A DNA stretch of 64,000 bases from a virus: IMG/VR virus record IMGVR_UViG_3300042987_003796, positions 1-64,000 of that record. One strand, 5' to 3'. Every line of letters begins with the position of its first letter. Within the stretch, counting starts at the first letter, position 1. The position numbers were made by a program, and so were the translations under genes. The notes below the pieces were generated by a model. That model was not told where the DNA came from. It was given only the letters and a program-made list of their open reading frames with translations, and did not search any database. Below are positions 1-8,405 of this stretch, one piece after another.

Positions 1-105
1 ACGCCAACTGCGACGCCAACTGCGACGCCAACTGCGACGCCAACTGCGACGCCAACTGCGACGCCAACTGCGACGCCAACTGCGACGCCAACTGCGACGC
101 CAACT
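1..105 (+). repeat. 12-bp tandem repeat ACGCCAACTGCG
   Basis: At least 8 perfect copies, truncated by the window edge. Confidence 0.97.
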
Positions 106-384
106 TCCCCAGATACTGACGGAGACGGGATACCAAACGATCAAGATCCCGATATTGACGGAGACGGGATACCGAATGGTCAAGATCCCGATATTGACGG
201 AGACGGGATACCGAATGGTCAAGATCCCGATATTGACGGAGACGGGATACCAAACGATCAAGATCCTTCGCCGTATGGTCCTACAATCGAAACAGAGACA
301 GAGACAGAGACAGAAACGGAGTCGGAAACGGAGGCGGTATTGAATCCTGGAACTATATTTGCTGTATATAGGAAATTTTTATGA
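1..384 (+). CDS. 3' end of a gene (5'-truncated by the window): (TPTA)n linker, Asp-rich TSP3-like Ca-binding repeats, ET-rich tail
   Basis: Frame 1 is open from position 1 to TGA at 382-384 and reads TPTA x8, (DGDGIPNGQDPDI) x~4, ETETET. Its stop overlaps the next ATG (ATGA). Not in the ORF track. Confidence 0.85.
   Translation, partial: TPTATPTATPTATPTATPTATPTATPTATPTATPTSPDTDGDGIPNDQDPDIDGDGIPNGQDPDIDGDGIPNGQDPDIDGDGIPNDQDPSPYGPTIETETETETETESETEAVLNPGTIFAVYRKFL
118..266 (+). repeat. 39-bp coding tandem repeat (13 aa, DGDGIPNGQDPDI)
   Basis: About 3.8 near-identical units starting at 118, 157, 196 and 235. Confidence 0.95.
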
Positions 385-1592
385 AAAATAGAATTTTAAA
401 AATGACGGCTGAAAATGTAACTTTACATGAAGCTATAAATAATTTTCACCAGCAAGCAGACGATAATATCCTATCTGTTGGCTATGGATTTAAAACTATT
501 GGTGGGAAAATTACAAATGAAAAAAGTATAGTCTTTAGTGTAAAAAACAAGATTTCGCTTGATCAATTAGAGCCTGATAAAATAATACAAGATTACGTAT
601 CAATCAACGGAGAGGCTATAAAAACTGACGTTGTTGAAATAAGCGATATTAGAGTATTAGCTTGTGATCCAAATTTTACTTCATGGCAGAATACTCCTCC
701 TAGTAATAGAAATAAAATTAGACCAATAAAGGGCGGGTTGTCTGCTATTAACTACACTGACCTTCCTAATTATCATTGCACAATGGGGTTTCTTGCTCTA
801 GATGATACTGATAATAAAATAGTTGGTGTTTCAAACGTTCATTGTGCTTCAAGCAATCCATTTTCTATACCCGCTATGGGTGTGTATGTAGCAAATGAAA
901 TAAGACAACCGAGTGATGGCGGTGAAGATGATATAATCGGTTTTTTAAAAAGAATCAACTATTTAAAGCAAGACTCGAATAATCTTGCAGATGTTGCTAT
1001 TTACTCATTAATTGATTCGGTAGTAGGGCTAAATTCAGAACATGAGCAGGAGGGTCTTTCTGCGCCGCCGTCTTCTAGTTTTGCTAGCTTTGCTTCGTAT
1101 AATGAAATACAAAGTTTGATAACTAGCGATCCTGACTTATACAGCTCTGGAAGAACTACTGGAGCAAAAGGACAAGGATCTACAAAGCTTAAAATAAATC
1201 AAATTGGAGTTTCTCTTAAGATTAGTGGCTATGGAGGAGCAAGTGGTCCTGTTAGTTTTATAAATTGTATGTCTTTTATAGCTGTTCCATCTGGTCAAAC
1301 AAGACCATATTCAGAAGCTTGTAAATATCCGATTTCTGGCGGTGATTCCGGCTCTGCTTTAATTGCTGATATAAATGGCAGCAAAAAAATAATAGGATTA
1401 GTATTCGCTGGGGCTTCAAATCAAGCCGGAGAGTGTGTGATGGGTTATGCTTGTAATATTATAGACGTAGCTAAAGCAATTTGCATATCTTCAGCTGCTG
1501 CTCCTGCGACGCCAACTCCGACGCCAACTCCGACGCCAACTGCGACGCCAACTCCGACGCCAACTCCGACGCCAACTCCGACACCATCGTAG
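381..1592 (+). CDS. Trypsin/chymotrypsin-like (clan PA) serine protease with N-terminal prodomain and C-terminal PT linker
   Basis: Triad-like motifs SNVHC, LADVA and GGDSGS, plus SGRTTG and IIGLVFAG. Confidence 0.85.
   Translation: MKNRILKMTAENVTLHEAINNFHQQADDNILSVGYGFKTIGGKITNEKSIVFSVKNKISLDQLEPDKIIQDYVSINGEAIKTDVVEISDIRVLACDPNFTSWQNTPPSNRNKIRPIKGGLSAINYTDLPNYHCTMGFLALDDTDNKIVGVSNVHCASSNPFSIPAMGVYVANEIRQPSDGGEDDIIGFLKRINYLKQDSNNLADVAIYSLIDSVVGLNSEHEQEGLSAPPSSSFASFASYNEIQSLITSDPDLYSSGRTTGAKGQGSTKLKINQIGVSLKISGYGGASGPVSFINCMSFIAVPSGQTRPYSEACKYPISGGDSGSALIADINGSKKIIGLVFAGASNQAGECVMGYACNIIDVAKAICISSAAAPATPTPTPTPTPTATPTPTPTPTPTPTPS
1506..1586 (+). repeat. 12-bp tandem repeat ACGCCAACT(C/G)CG encoding TPTP
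   Basis: About 6.5 copies; same unit family as 1-105. Confidence 0.95.
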
Positions 1593-1625
1593 AATTTTGT
1601 GATTTAAATTTATAGAAATATATAT

Positions 1626-3638
1626 ATGGAAAAATTAGAAGATTTAGTATATCAGTCGCCAAATAAAATATTACCTTCGTTTGGAAACCAATTTGTTGAA
1701 ATTTTTTCTTTACCTGGAAAAGTTAGTTCTCCTTGCGTATTTGTGAGTGGCGATGGATGGACGGATACCTATTTTAATATGGGTTATTATTCTGGTGATC
1801 CAACAACTAAAATAAATAGTCAAGATTTTACATCTCCAGCTGGTGGGGTTTCTGTTTCTGGTTTGCCTGTGGAGATTATTGATGTTTCTAATTATACTGT
1901 TACAACTACAATAGGTGATTGTTGTAATCCTTTAAATGACGGCGGCGGCGGAACACCACCACCACCACCACCGCCGCCACCACCGCCGCCTGGTGACGAC
2001 CCCTGTGAAATAAATGATTGTTGTAATGCTGGAGGTGGACAGGGCGATATTCACTATTTTACTTCAACTCCAGGTGCGGCAGGTATAGAAGCTTTAGTAT
2101 TTGTAGACGAAAATTATTATGGAGTAGAAAGTCACTGGGTGGTCGAGTGGATAGAAATAGATCAAAATGATAATGTTTCGGCTATATTAGCTAGAAGAAG
2201 TTCGTCAAATCTTTTTCAGACTACTACAGTTAATACTCTTTTTCATATTATTGGAAACCCAATAGGCATTAGAGGTACATTTGCCGGAAGTATAATGAAG
2301 GGGTTCGGCTTTAGTTTCAAAAAAGGTGCTATATCGAGTTATACTGATGACCCTTCTTTAAATAGCTTAAAATATATAGGCGGAATGACTGTAGAGTTTT
2401 TCAGGTCGATAGCAGCGGGAACATCGCCAGTTGGTTTCAGCCCTAATACAATAGGAAGAAATAAAAGTTTTGTGCCTGATTATAGATTTAGACTAGTATC
2501 TGATCAAGGGCAAGATTTATCTCCTGTTTCTACTGATGGGAATCGTTCATCTATTATAAAAAATCCTACGAGTTTAAATTCGGTATTTTCAGGTTTTGTT
2601 AATAAATTAACTGGTAATAATTTTCTATTGAAAACAAAAGATTTTTCTCCGATTCTTCCAATTGAATATTTTACTTCAGGTCAAGAAGTTAATAATGTGG
2701 GCGTTATGCTTTATGACGATGCGGGTAGAGAAAATAATAGTCAAAGATATTATCCAATGTTGTTAAATAATATTCAAGCCAAAAGCTTGTTTGATGCATA
2801 TGCTCAAGTTGTTGGCGGTGGTGGTACAAATCCGACGCATATTAGCTCGAACAATTATTTTTATAATTCTGGATTAGAAACCAGAAACAAAATATTAAAA
2901 TATGATAATCTTGCTCTGGGGTCAAGTCAAAGTTTAGAAAGTGATCCTTGTAGCAGTTGGGGAGGGGGTGGCGGCGGAACATCTTTTGAAAGGGGAAATT
3001 CAAAGAATATAGCTAATAATTTTACTATTACTCCTTTAGTAGTAGATCAAAGACTTGCTCATATAAATGCTAATCTTGGTGCTGCTAGCTTTACATGTCA
3101 GGAATGTGTTGATCCCGATTTTGCGCCAGTTACAGGAAATTGCAACAATAATAAATGGAAGGTTGCCCTTCAAGTTGAGGCGGAAAATGTAGGTATTCAG
3201 CTAGGGCCTTCTACGGACTGTCGTTGCTGTGGAAATAAATCTGAGTTTTATTATTGGGATAACTCCGCGTTCTGCGGGAGAACGCAGAGCGTTTGTATGC
3301 CTTTAACCGTTATACAAAATGGAAGCAGTGTTGGTTTTGATAACTATGGTTTTGGAGGAAAGGTTATCCCGTTTTTCACAAATATAAATGACGATATGGG
3401 TAAAATTACAAATAAGATTAGCTTGTTTACTGGCGCTTATATAATTAATGGTAGCCTTGCAAGTGGGAGATTTCACGTTCTGGCTAAGGATTATAATCTT
3501 TCTAGTTCTTCTAATTATCCATATCAATCAAATGGTCTTGAGTCGCTTGACATTAATGATCAGATTGGTAAGGCTTTTTTATGCAATAATTCATTTAGAG
3601 GTAGTCTACCGGACGCAAAAATATTTAACCCTCTTTAA
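1626..3638 (+). CDS. Cys-rich protein with poly-Pro and poly-Gly linkers, probably virion-associated
   Basis: 670-aa ORF with a P11 tract, Gly runs and CC/CxC clusters; sits among structural genes. Confidence 0.6.
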   Translation: MEKLEDLVYQSPNKILPSFGNQFVEIFSLPGKVSSPCVFVSGDGWTDTYFNMGYYSGDPTTKINSQDFTSPAGGVSVSGLPVEIIDVSNYTVTTTIGDCCNPLNDGGGGTPPPPPPPPPPPPGDDPCEINDCCNAGGGQGDIHYFTSTPGAAGIEALVFVDENYYGVESHWVVEWIEIDQNDNVSAILARRSSSNLFQTTTVNTLFHIIGNPIGIRGTFAGSIMKGFGFSFKKGAISSYTDDPSLNSLKYIGGMTVEFFRSIAAGTSPVGFSPNTIGRNKSFVPDYRFRLVSDQGQDLSPVSTDGNRSSIIKNPTSLNSVFSGFVNKLTGNNFLLKTKDFSPILPIEYFTSGQEVNNVGVMLYDDAGRENNSQRYYPMLLNNIQAKSLFDAYAQVVGGGGTNPTHISSNNYFYNSGLETRNKILKYDNLALGSSQSLESDPCSSWGGGGGGTSFERGNSKNIANNFTITPLVVDQRLAHINANLGAASFTCQECVDPDFAPVTGNCNNNKWKVALQVEAENVGIQLGPSTDCRCCGNKSEFYYWDNSAFCGRTQSVCMPLTVIQNGSSVGFDNYGFGGKVIPFFTNINDDMGKITNKISLFTGAYIINGSLASGRFHVLAKDYNLSSSSNYPYQSNGLESLDINDQIGKAFLCNNSFRGSLPDAKIFNPL

Positions 3639-3681
3639 TATATAGATTTTAAAAAAAACTGTATTTAGTATTTGTAATATT

Positions 3682-4155
3682 ATGTATACTATTGAAATAC
3701 AAGATTTATCAAGAACAAATGAAATTGTATTGGAGACTTCTTTAGCTCCTGTTCAGTCAGTGAATGGGATGGTTGGGGCAGTTAATATTACTCCAGAAAA
3801 GGTTGGGCTTGGTAATGTAAATAATACATCGGATATGGATAAGCCCGTATCTTTTCCTATTTCTGGCGCGCTTATAGCTTTAGAACAAAAAATACTTTCG
3901 CAGGTTCAGCTTTCCTCTCAAGAAGATTTAGAATTTCAGGTAGGCTTATATTCGGGCATAGATTTTCTAAATGTATATTATCCAAGAAATTTAATACAAA
4001 AGCCGAAGTCTGTGACTTGTTCTATAGAAAACAATATAGATAACTTGATATATAATCACCAAATATCAAATGTCACAAACGTTAGTTTTGATATAGAGTT
4101 TAGCGACTATCTTTCTTCTGATGGATATATTTTGCATGTGGTTGCTTCAATTTAG
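3682..4155 (+). CDS. Fibre/decoration-like protein
   Basis: APVQSVNG and VGLGNVNNTSDMDKPVS motifs typical of phage fibre repeats; C-terminal beta domain resembles that of the next gene. Confidence 0.6.
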   Translation: MYTIEIQDLSRTNEIVLETSLAPVQSVNGMVGAVNITPEKVGLGNVNNTSDMDKPVSFPISGALIALEQKILSQVQLSSQEDLEFQVGLYSGIDFLNVYYPRNLIQKPKSVTCSIENNIDNLIYNHQISNVTNVSFDIEFSDYLSSDGYILHVVASI

Positions 4156-4282
4156 TTAAGTTTAATAATTTAATTCTATTTGAATAAATCTGAATGTAAT
4201 AAATTTATGTAAGCTATTCTATTTAAATATGTTAAGTAGATTGGCTGTATTGGTAAAATAAAATAAAATAAAATAAATAATT

Positions 4283-4996
4283 ATGATAAATGCTTTTAAA
4301 CAAATTAGATTAACTAATATTAATGTTAGCGGAAACAATGGTAGAATAGAGGCTGGGGCAAGTGGAAGCTTTGCTTTTCTTTCGGAGCTTAATGCTTCTG
4401 AATCTGCTCTTTCAAATACCATAGCTACTACTGGTGCAGATTTATACTCTTTGCTTACTGGCGCGAGTGGAACATTGGCTGGAAATACAGCGAATAGTCT
4501 TTTTGCCTTATCAAGTGATTTAGCTACTGCTAGTGGTGATTTAAATACAAAAATAGATACCGTTTCTGGTAATTTAAATACTTATATCGATGATCGCATT
4601 AGTGACGTCATTGATATGGCTCCGGCTGCTCTTGATACATTAAAAGAACTTGCGACATCTCTTAATAACGAGACTGGTTTCGCTGTTAGAATTACAAACG
4701 ATTTAGCAACAACTGGAAGCTCTTTATATGCTTCTCTAACTGGTGTTTCTGGTCATTTTTCTTCTACAAATAAACAATTCACTGTAAATGTAAATAATGG
4801 TATCGAGAGTGCTTTTGTTGCCTTCCCTGGGGCTCATTTCTCTTCTGTGCCAACAGTTCAGGCAACCGTTGAGGGAGACGAGGTTATTTATGGACTAATT
4901 CTTAAAAATCGCTCAGTTTCCGGATTCAATGTTTATTTTTCTGATGTAGTTCAGGAATCTAATGTTGTTTTGAATGTATTTGCTTCAAATCAGTAA
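4283..4996 (+). CDS. Fibre-like protein (coiled coil plus C-terminal beta domain)
   Basis: APAALDTLKELA motif common in phage fibres; C-terminal PTVQATVE...GFNVYFSD. Confidence 0.65.
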   Translation: MINAFKQIRLTNINVSGNNGRIEAGASGSFAFLSELNASESALSNTIATTGADLYSLLTGASGTLAGNTANSLFALSSDLATASGDLNTKIDTVSGNLNTYIDDRISDVIDMAPAALDTLKELATSLNNETGFAVRITNDLATTGSSLYASLTGVSGHFSSTNKQFTVNVNNGIESAFVAFPGAHFSSVPTVQATVEGDEVIYGLILKNRSVSGFNVYFSDVVQESNVVLNVFASNQ

Positions 4997-5035
4997 GTTA
5001 AGCAATATTTAATTTAAAATATTAAAAAATTAATT

Positions 5036-5071
5036 AAACTGAAAGAGTCCTATCCTCTTTCAGTTTTTTTT
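5036..5071 (+). terminator. Intrinsic terminator
   Basis: Stem AAACTGAAAGAG / CTCTTTCAGTTT, 7-nt loop, followed by a T-run. Confidence 0.85.
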
Positions 5072-5222
5072 GTATAATTATATTGATAATTAATAATAAT
5101 AATTATATATTCAATTAGCAGAAAAATCTTTTATTGAGGTTTTAGTTTGTGTATATATTTATATATAGATATTTGTTATTTATATGAATAGCAAATACAA
5201 CTTGGTTATATAACCAATAATT

Positions 5223-5762
5223 ATGGCAACAAAATTTAAATCTAAGTTATTTTATGGAAAAACAGGGTTTTTTGACTCTGTTGGTATTGGCGTATCTGAA
5301 CCTGAGAACGGATTACACATATCAGGCGCCGATTTTAAACTTGAAAGCGGGCAGGCTTATTTTCAATATAGACCGCTTATATCTGGTTCCCCAGTTATGT
5401 TATATGGCGATACTATAAGCGTGGATGTATCTGATTTATATCCACGTAATAATCCTAGCGGATTTATAACAGGAATTTCTAATTTAGTTTATACCACTGG
5501 AAATCAAAGCATTTCTGGTGTTAAAACATTTGTAGATAAAATATTACTATCTGATTTATCGCAATCGTCAGCAACTACAGGACAAATGCTGGCATGGAAT
5601 GGCAGCGCTTGGCAGCCAACAACTCCGGTTACTACTGGAACTGCAATTCAGAAAAACACATCAGACGTTACCCCGGTTAATTTTATACGCGTAATAACGC
5701 AGGCGGAATATGACGCATTGCCGATAAAAGATGAGAACACGATTTATTTTATTAAACAATAA
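5223..5762 (+). CDS. Fibre-like mosaic protein
   Basis: NPSGFITG, GNQSISGVKTF, GQMLAWNGSAWQP and TQAEYDAL..TIYFI motifs typical of fibre genes. Confidence 0.65.
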   Translation: MATKFKSKLFYGKTGFFDSVGIGVSEPENGLHISGADFKLESGQAYFQYRPLISGSPVMLYGDTISVDVSDLYPRNNPSGFITGISNLVYTTGNQSISGVKTFVDKILLSDLSQSSATTGQMLAWNGSAWQPTTPVTTGTAIQKNTSDVTPVNFIRVITQAEYDALPIKDENTIYFIKQ

Positions 5763-6994
5763 TGCCAACCTTCATTAAAGCCTACCTTGGAGCGACCCCG
5801 TTATTTACATCAACAGCAACGGCGGGCTTTGCATCTATTGAGGGAACTGACGCAGGCGGCGGCGTTCAATCACTTGCAAATGAGTTTAAACACTCCGCTG
5901 GAACACTCACGATTTTTGGTAATGTAACCTCGACAAAGGACTTCCATCTTTGCGAGGGGAGTTCGACTGCGCCAGCGAATTGCGTGATTGCGGGAACGCT
6001 CACTCAAACTAATGCAGGGCCGCAGGGAGGGCCGCGAGGCTTTACTGTCGCCCAAAGTGCAGGACAGGTTGGAACGCTAACAATCAACGGCGCAACGATC
6101 TCGCTCTTTGCGGGCGCGATGATTGGAGACAATCAATCGACCGGCGCAGTCGGCGCGATCACTCTAAACAGTGGAACATTTGCAATGAACGGGGGCTTTT
6201 GGTTTTCGGGGCCGAGCAACACCTTCACCATGAATAATGGAACCGCGACGATGACAAATTGCTACATCGGCGGCGGTGGCAATGGAACGACCAATCCAAA
6301 TCCTGTTTCTGTCATTACCATCAACGGCGGCGTCTTCAACATTTCGCAACCCGTCGCCATAAATCAATCCAACATGATTTTTGGCGTAAGTACCGCCGGA
6401 ATCTCATCGACCAACACCGTAAACCTCAACGGCGGAACGCTAAAACATAATCACTTCTCCGCGAACACTCCCGCCTCGGGCCGGACGCAAGTGAACACGA
6501 TCAACTTCAATGGCGGCGTGCTGGAATTGGACAAAGGCGCAAGCCGCGCCTTCCCGCTAAACACGCCCGTTGGAGTGACTTGGAATCTCATCGTTAAAAA
6601 TGGCGGCGCAGTCATTTCAGTTGCCACCGGATTAACGATGACAATGGCCGTTGCGTTTTCAAATGATGGATCAAATGGAGGACTTACAAAAGTTGGAGCA
6701 GGAACGCTGGATATGGGTAGCCTTGCGCATTCCTACAATGGAACGACCGCGATTTCAGCAGGGATAATTAGACGCGCAGTAACATCTGGAGCATCGACTG
6801 GAACTGCAACATTCGGGGCATCTACCTTATCAGTTTCATTTAATGTTGCGCCACCATCTGGAACGACAACTTTCAAATTCTTCCCTGCCGCAACAACAAA
6901 TTCCTATGCCTCTGTAACCTTGACAGGAGTTTCCGCTGGAACGACCGCGACATATAATTCTGCAAATTCAACCCTTTCAGTTATTGCACCATGA
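5762..6994 (+). CDS. Gly/Thr-rich beta-helix protein with an autotransporter-associated beta-strand repeat; putative adhesin
   Basis: GGLTKVGAGTL...YNGTTAISAG and repeated VNLNGGTL/INFNGGVL; GC much higher than the flanks. Confidence 0.7.
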   Translation: MPTFIKAYLGATPLFTSTATAGFASIEGTDAGGGVQSLANEFKHSAGTLTIFGNVTSTKDFHLCEGSSTAPANCVIAGTLTQTNAGPQGGPRGFTVAQSAGQVGTLTINGATISLFAGAMIGDNQSTGAVGAITLNSGTFAMNGGFWFSGPSNTFTMNNGTATMTNCYIGGGGNGTTNPNPVSVITINGGVFNISQPVAINQSNMIFGVSTAGISSTNTVNLNGGTLKHNHFSANTPASGRTQVNTINFNGGVLELDKGASRAFPLNTPVGVTWNLIVKNGGAVISVATGLTMTMAVAFSNDGSNGGLTKVGAGTLDMGSLAHSYNGTTAISAGIIRRAVTSGASTGTATFGASTLSVSFNVAPPSGTTTFKFFPAATTNSYASVTLTGVSAGTTATYNSANSTLSVIAP

Positions 6995-7287
6995 CAATTC
7001 CTCATAACGAAAATGGATGGGCGTATGATAATTCAATCGGAAACTGGAAACTTGTTTACGAAAGAAATCAAATTGTGATTTTCGAGCAAACCGATCAATG
7101 TATTGCCACGCAAAGTATTTTATTTGTAGGGACGAAGCAGGAATGCGAGCAAGAAATGATTCGCCTTGGATTGCCGCTTTCGGAATGGCAACAATCTTTT
7201 AATTCGCAGGATGACGAGCTAGACAGCCAGCAAAATACCCAGGATTCCGGCTTTGTATCGTGGTTTTCTAACTTATTTAATAAATAA
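6991..7287 (+). CDS. Hypothetical protein
   Basis: 98-aa ORF coupled by ATGA overlap; part of the high-GC block. Confidence 0.7.
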   Translation: MTIPHNENGWAYDNSIGNWKLVYERNQIVIFEQTDQCIATQSILFVGTKQECEQEMIRLGLPLSEWQQSFNSQDDELDSQQNTQDSGFVSWFSNLFNK

Positions 7288-7324
7288 ATTTTAAAATAAA
7301 AAAATACATAATAATATAATTATT

Positions 7325-7699
7325 ATGGCTAGAAAAAATAAATTACAGGATTTAGATCAGGTTGATGGAAAATTAGCTGGCGGATCTGGTTTTAAAACTT
7401 TAGACGCCTTAATTGGAGAAAATCTTTCTAATCCTTATAGGTGCTCTAATGAATCGGAATATGAGTCGTATGTAAATGAATTAAATTCAACCGATCTACA
7501 TAGACATGCAGAAAAGGTTGGCTTGGTTCCTTCTGTTGATAGAAGAGTACTTAAAGACAGGCTAATGAGAGAGTTTAGAAAATTTATTGCTTCGAGAAGC
7601 ATGGTTTCAGATGACTTGATTAAAAATCATATGACGAATGACTCTTCTGGTAGTTGCTTGAGCGTTTCTGCTCAAAGGATATTGCGCGAAGGAGCATAA
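7325..7699 (+). CDS. Hypothetical protein
   Basis: 124-aa ORF, co-oriented, genome-typical codons. Confidence 0.7.
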   Translation: MARKNKLQDLDQVDGKLAGGSGFKTLDALIGENLSNPYRCSNESEYESYVNELNSTDLHRHAEKVGLVPSVDRRVLKDRLMREFRKFIASRSMVSDDLIKNHMTNDSSGSCLSVSAQRILREGA

Positions 7700-7749
7700 T
7701 TTTTGTATAAGCTTGTTGTTTTTATATACAAGCAAGTGTAAAAAAAATA

Positions 7750-8379
7750 ATGAGCTGCTCCTATTATGATGAGTTTATAAATTCTGTTTATGAAGAAATA
7801 GGCGAGGCTTCTGGATATTCTCATGAGTATTTAGCATATTGGTTTTCTGAAAATGCAAATTTAGCAAAATTAAATAATCTTATAGGAACTTGTTATTCAG
7901 CGTCTTATGTTACTGGCGAGTATGGTGAATTAATAAGTTATTCTATTAAACCGGAAATTAAAAAAGAAGAGCTGTCTGTTTATCAAAAAATATTTGAATT
8001 AGATTTTTATAATAAGCAAGCTAAAAATATAAATCGTGGACACTCTGCTTATGCTGCATCTAATTGGACTTCTTTAAAAGAAGGAAATTCTTCAATTTCA
8101 AGAATTAATAAGAGCGATATCGTAAAAAGCTATAAATCAATAGCTAAAAATTGCAAATCTGAACTAGATAAACTTGTTAAATCCTATCTTAAATTCAGGA
8201 GCGTTCCTCAGATGATCGTTGAGGATTCTTTAGACTATATAAAAATTGCTGATTTTTTCCCTTTGCCGACCTCTACTCCGGTACCGCAACCAGATAGCGA
8301 AGCAATTTATACTATGGGAGATTTTGGACAGCAGATGAAAACAATTAATGGCGAGCTATTGGGTTTGATTAAAAAATAA
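7750..8379 (+). CDS. Putative head-tail adaptor paralog (copy 1, altered C-terminus)
   Basis: Clearly similar to 14504..15058 (EEIGEA.GYS.EYLAYWF; YQKIFELDFY; YLKFR.VPQ). Confidence 0.55.
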   Translation: MSCSYYDEFINSVYEEIGEASGYSHEYLAYWFSENANLAKLNNLIGTCYSASYVTGEYGELISYSIKPEIKKEELSVYQKIFELDFYNKQAKNINRGHSAYAASNWTSLKEGNSSISRINKSDIVKSYKSIAKNCKSELDKLVKSYLKFRSVPQMIVEDSLDYIKIADFFPLPTSTPVPQPDSEAIYTMGDFGQQMKTINGELLGLIKK

Positions 8380-8405
8380 GAAGTGTATTAGATATATTAT
8401 ATATC

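Noticed and set aside
1-266. Repeats as a CRISPR array
   Set aside because: Head-to-tail units without unique spacers, lengths multiples of 3, coding
155-343. 62-aa ORF in the track
   Set aside because: Shadow frame of the 39-bp repeat; frame 1 (1..384) gives a coherent protein coupled to the next gene
1590-1628. Readthrough fusing the protease to the next in-frame gene
   Set aside because: An in-frame TAA follows the TAG after four codons
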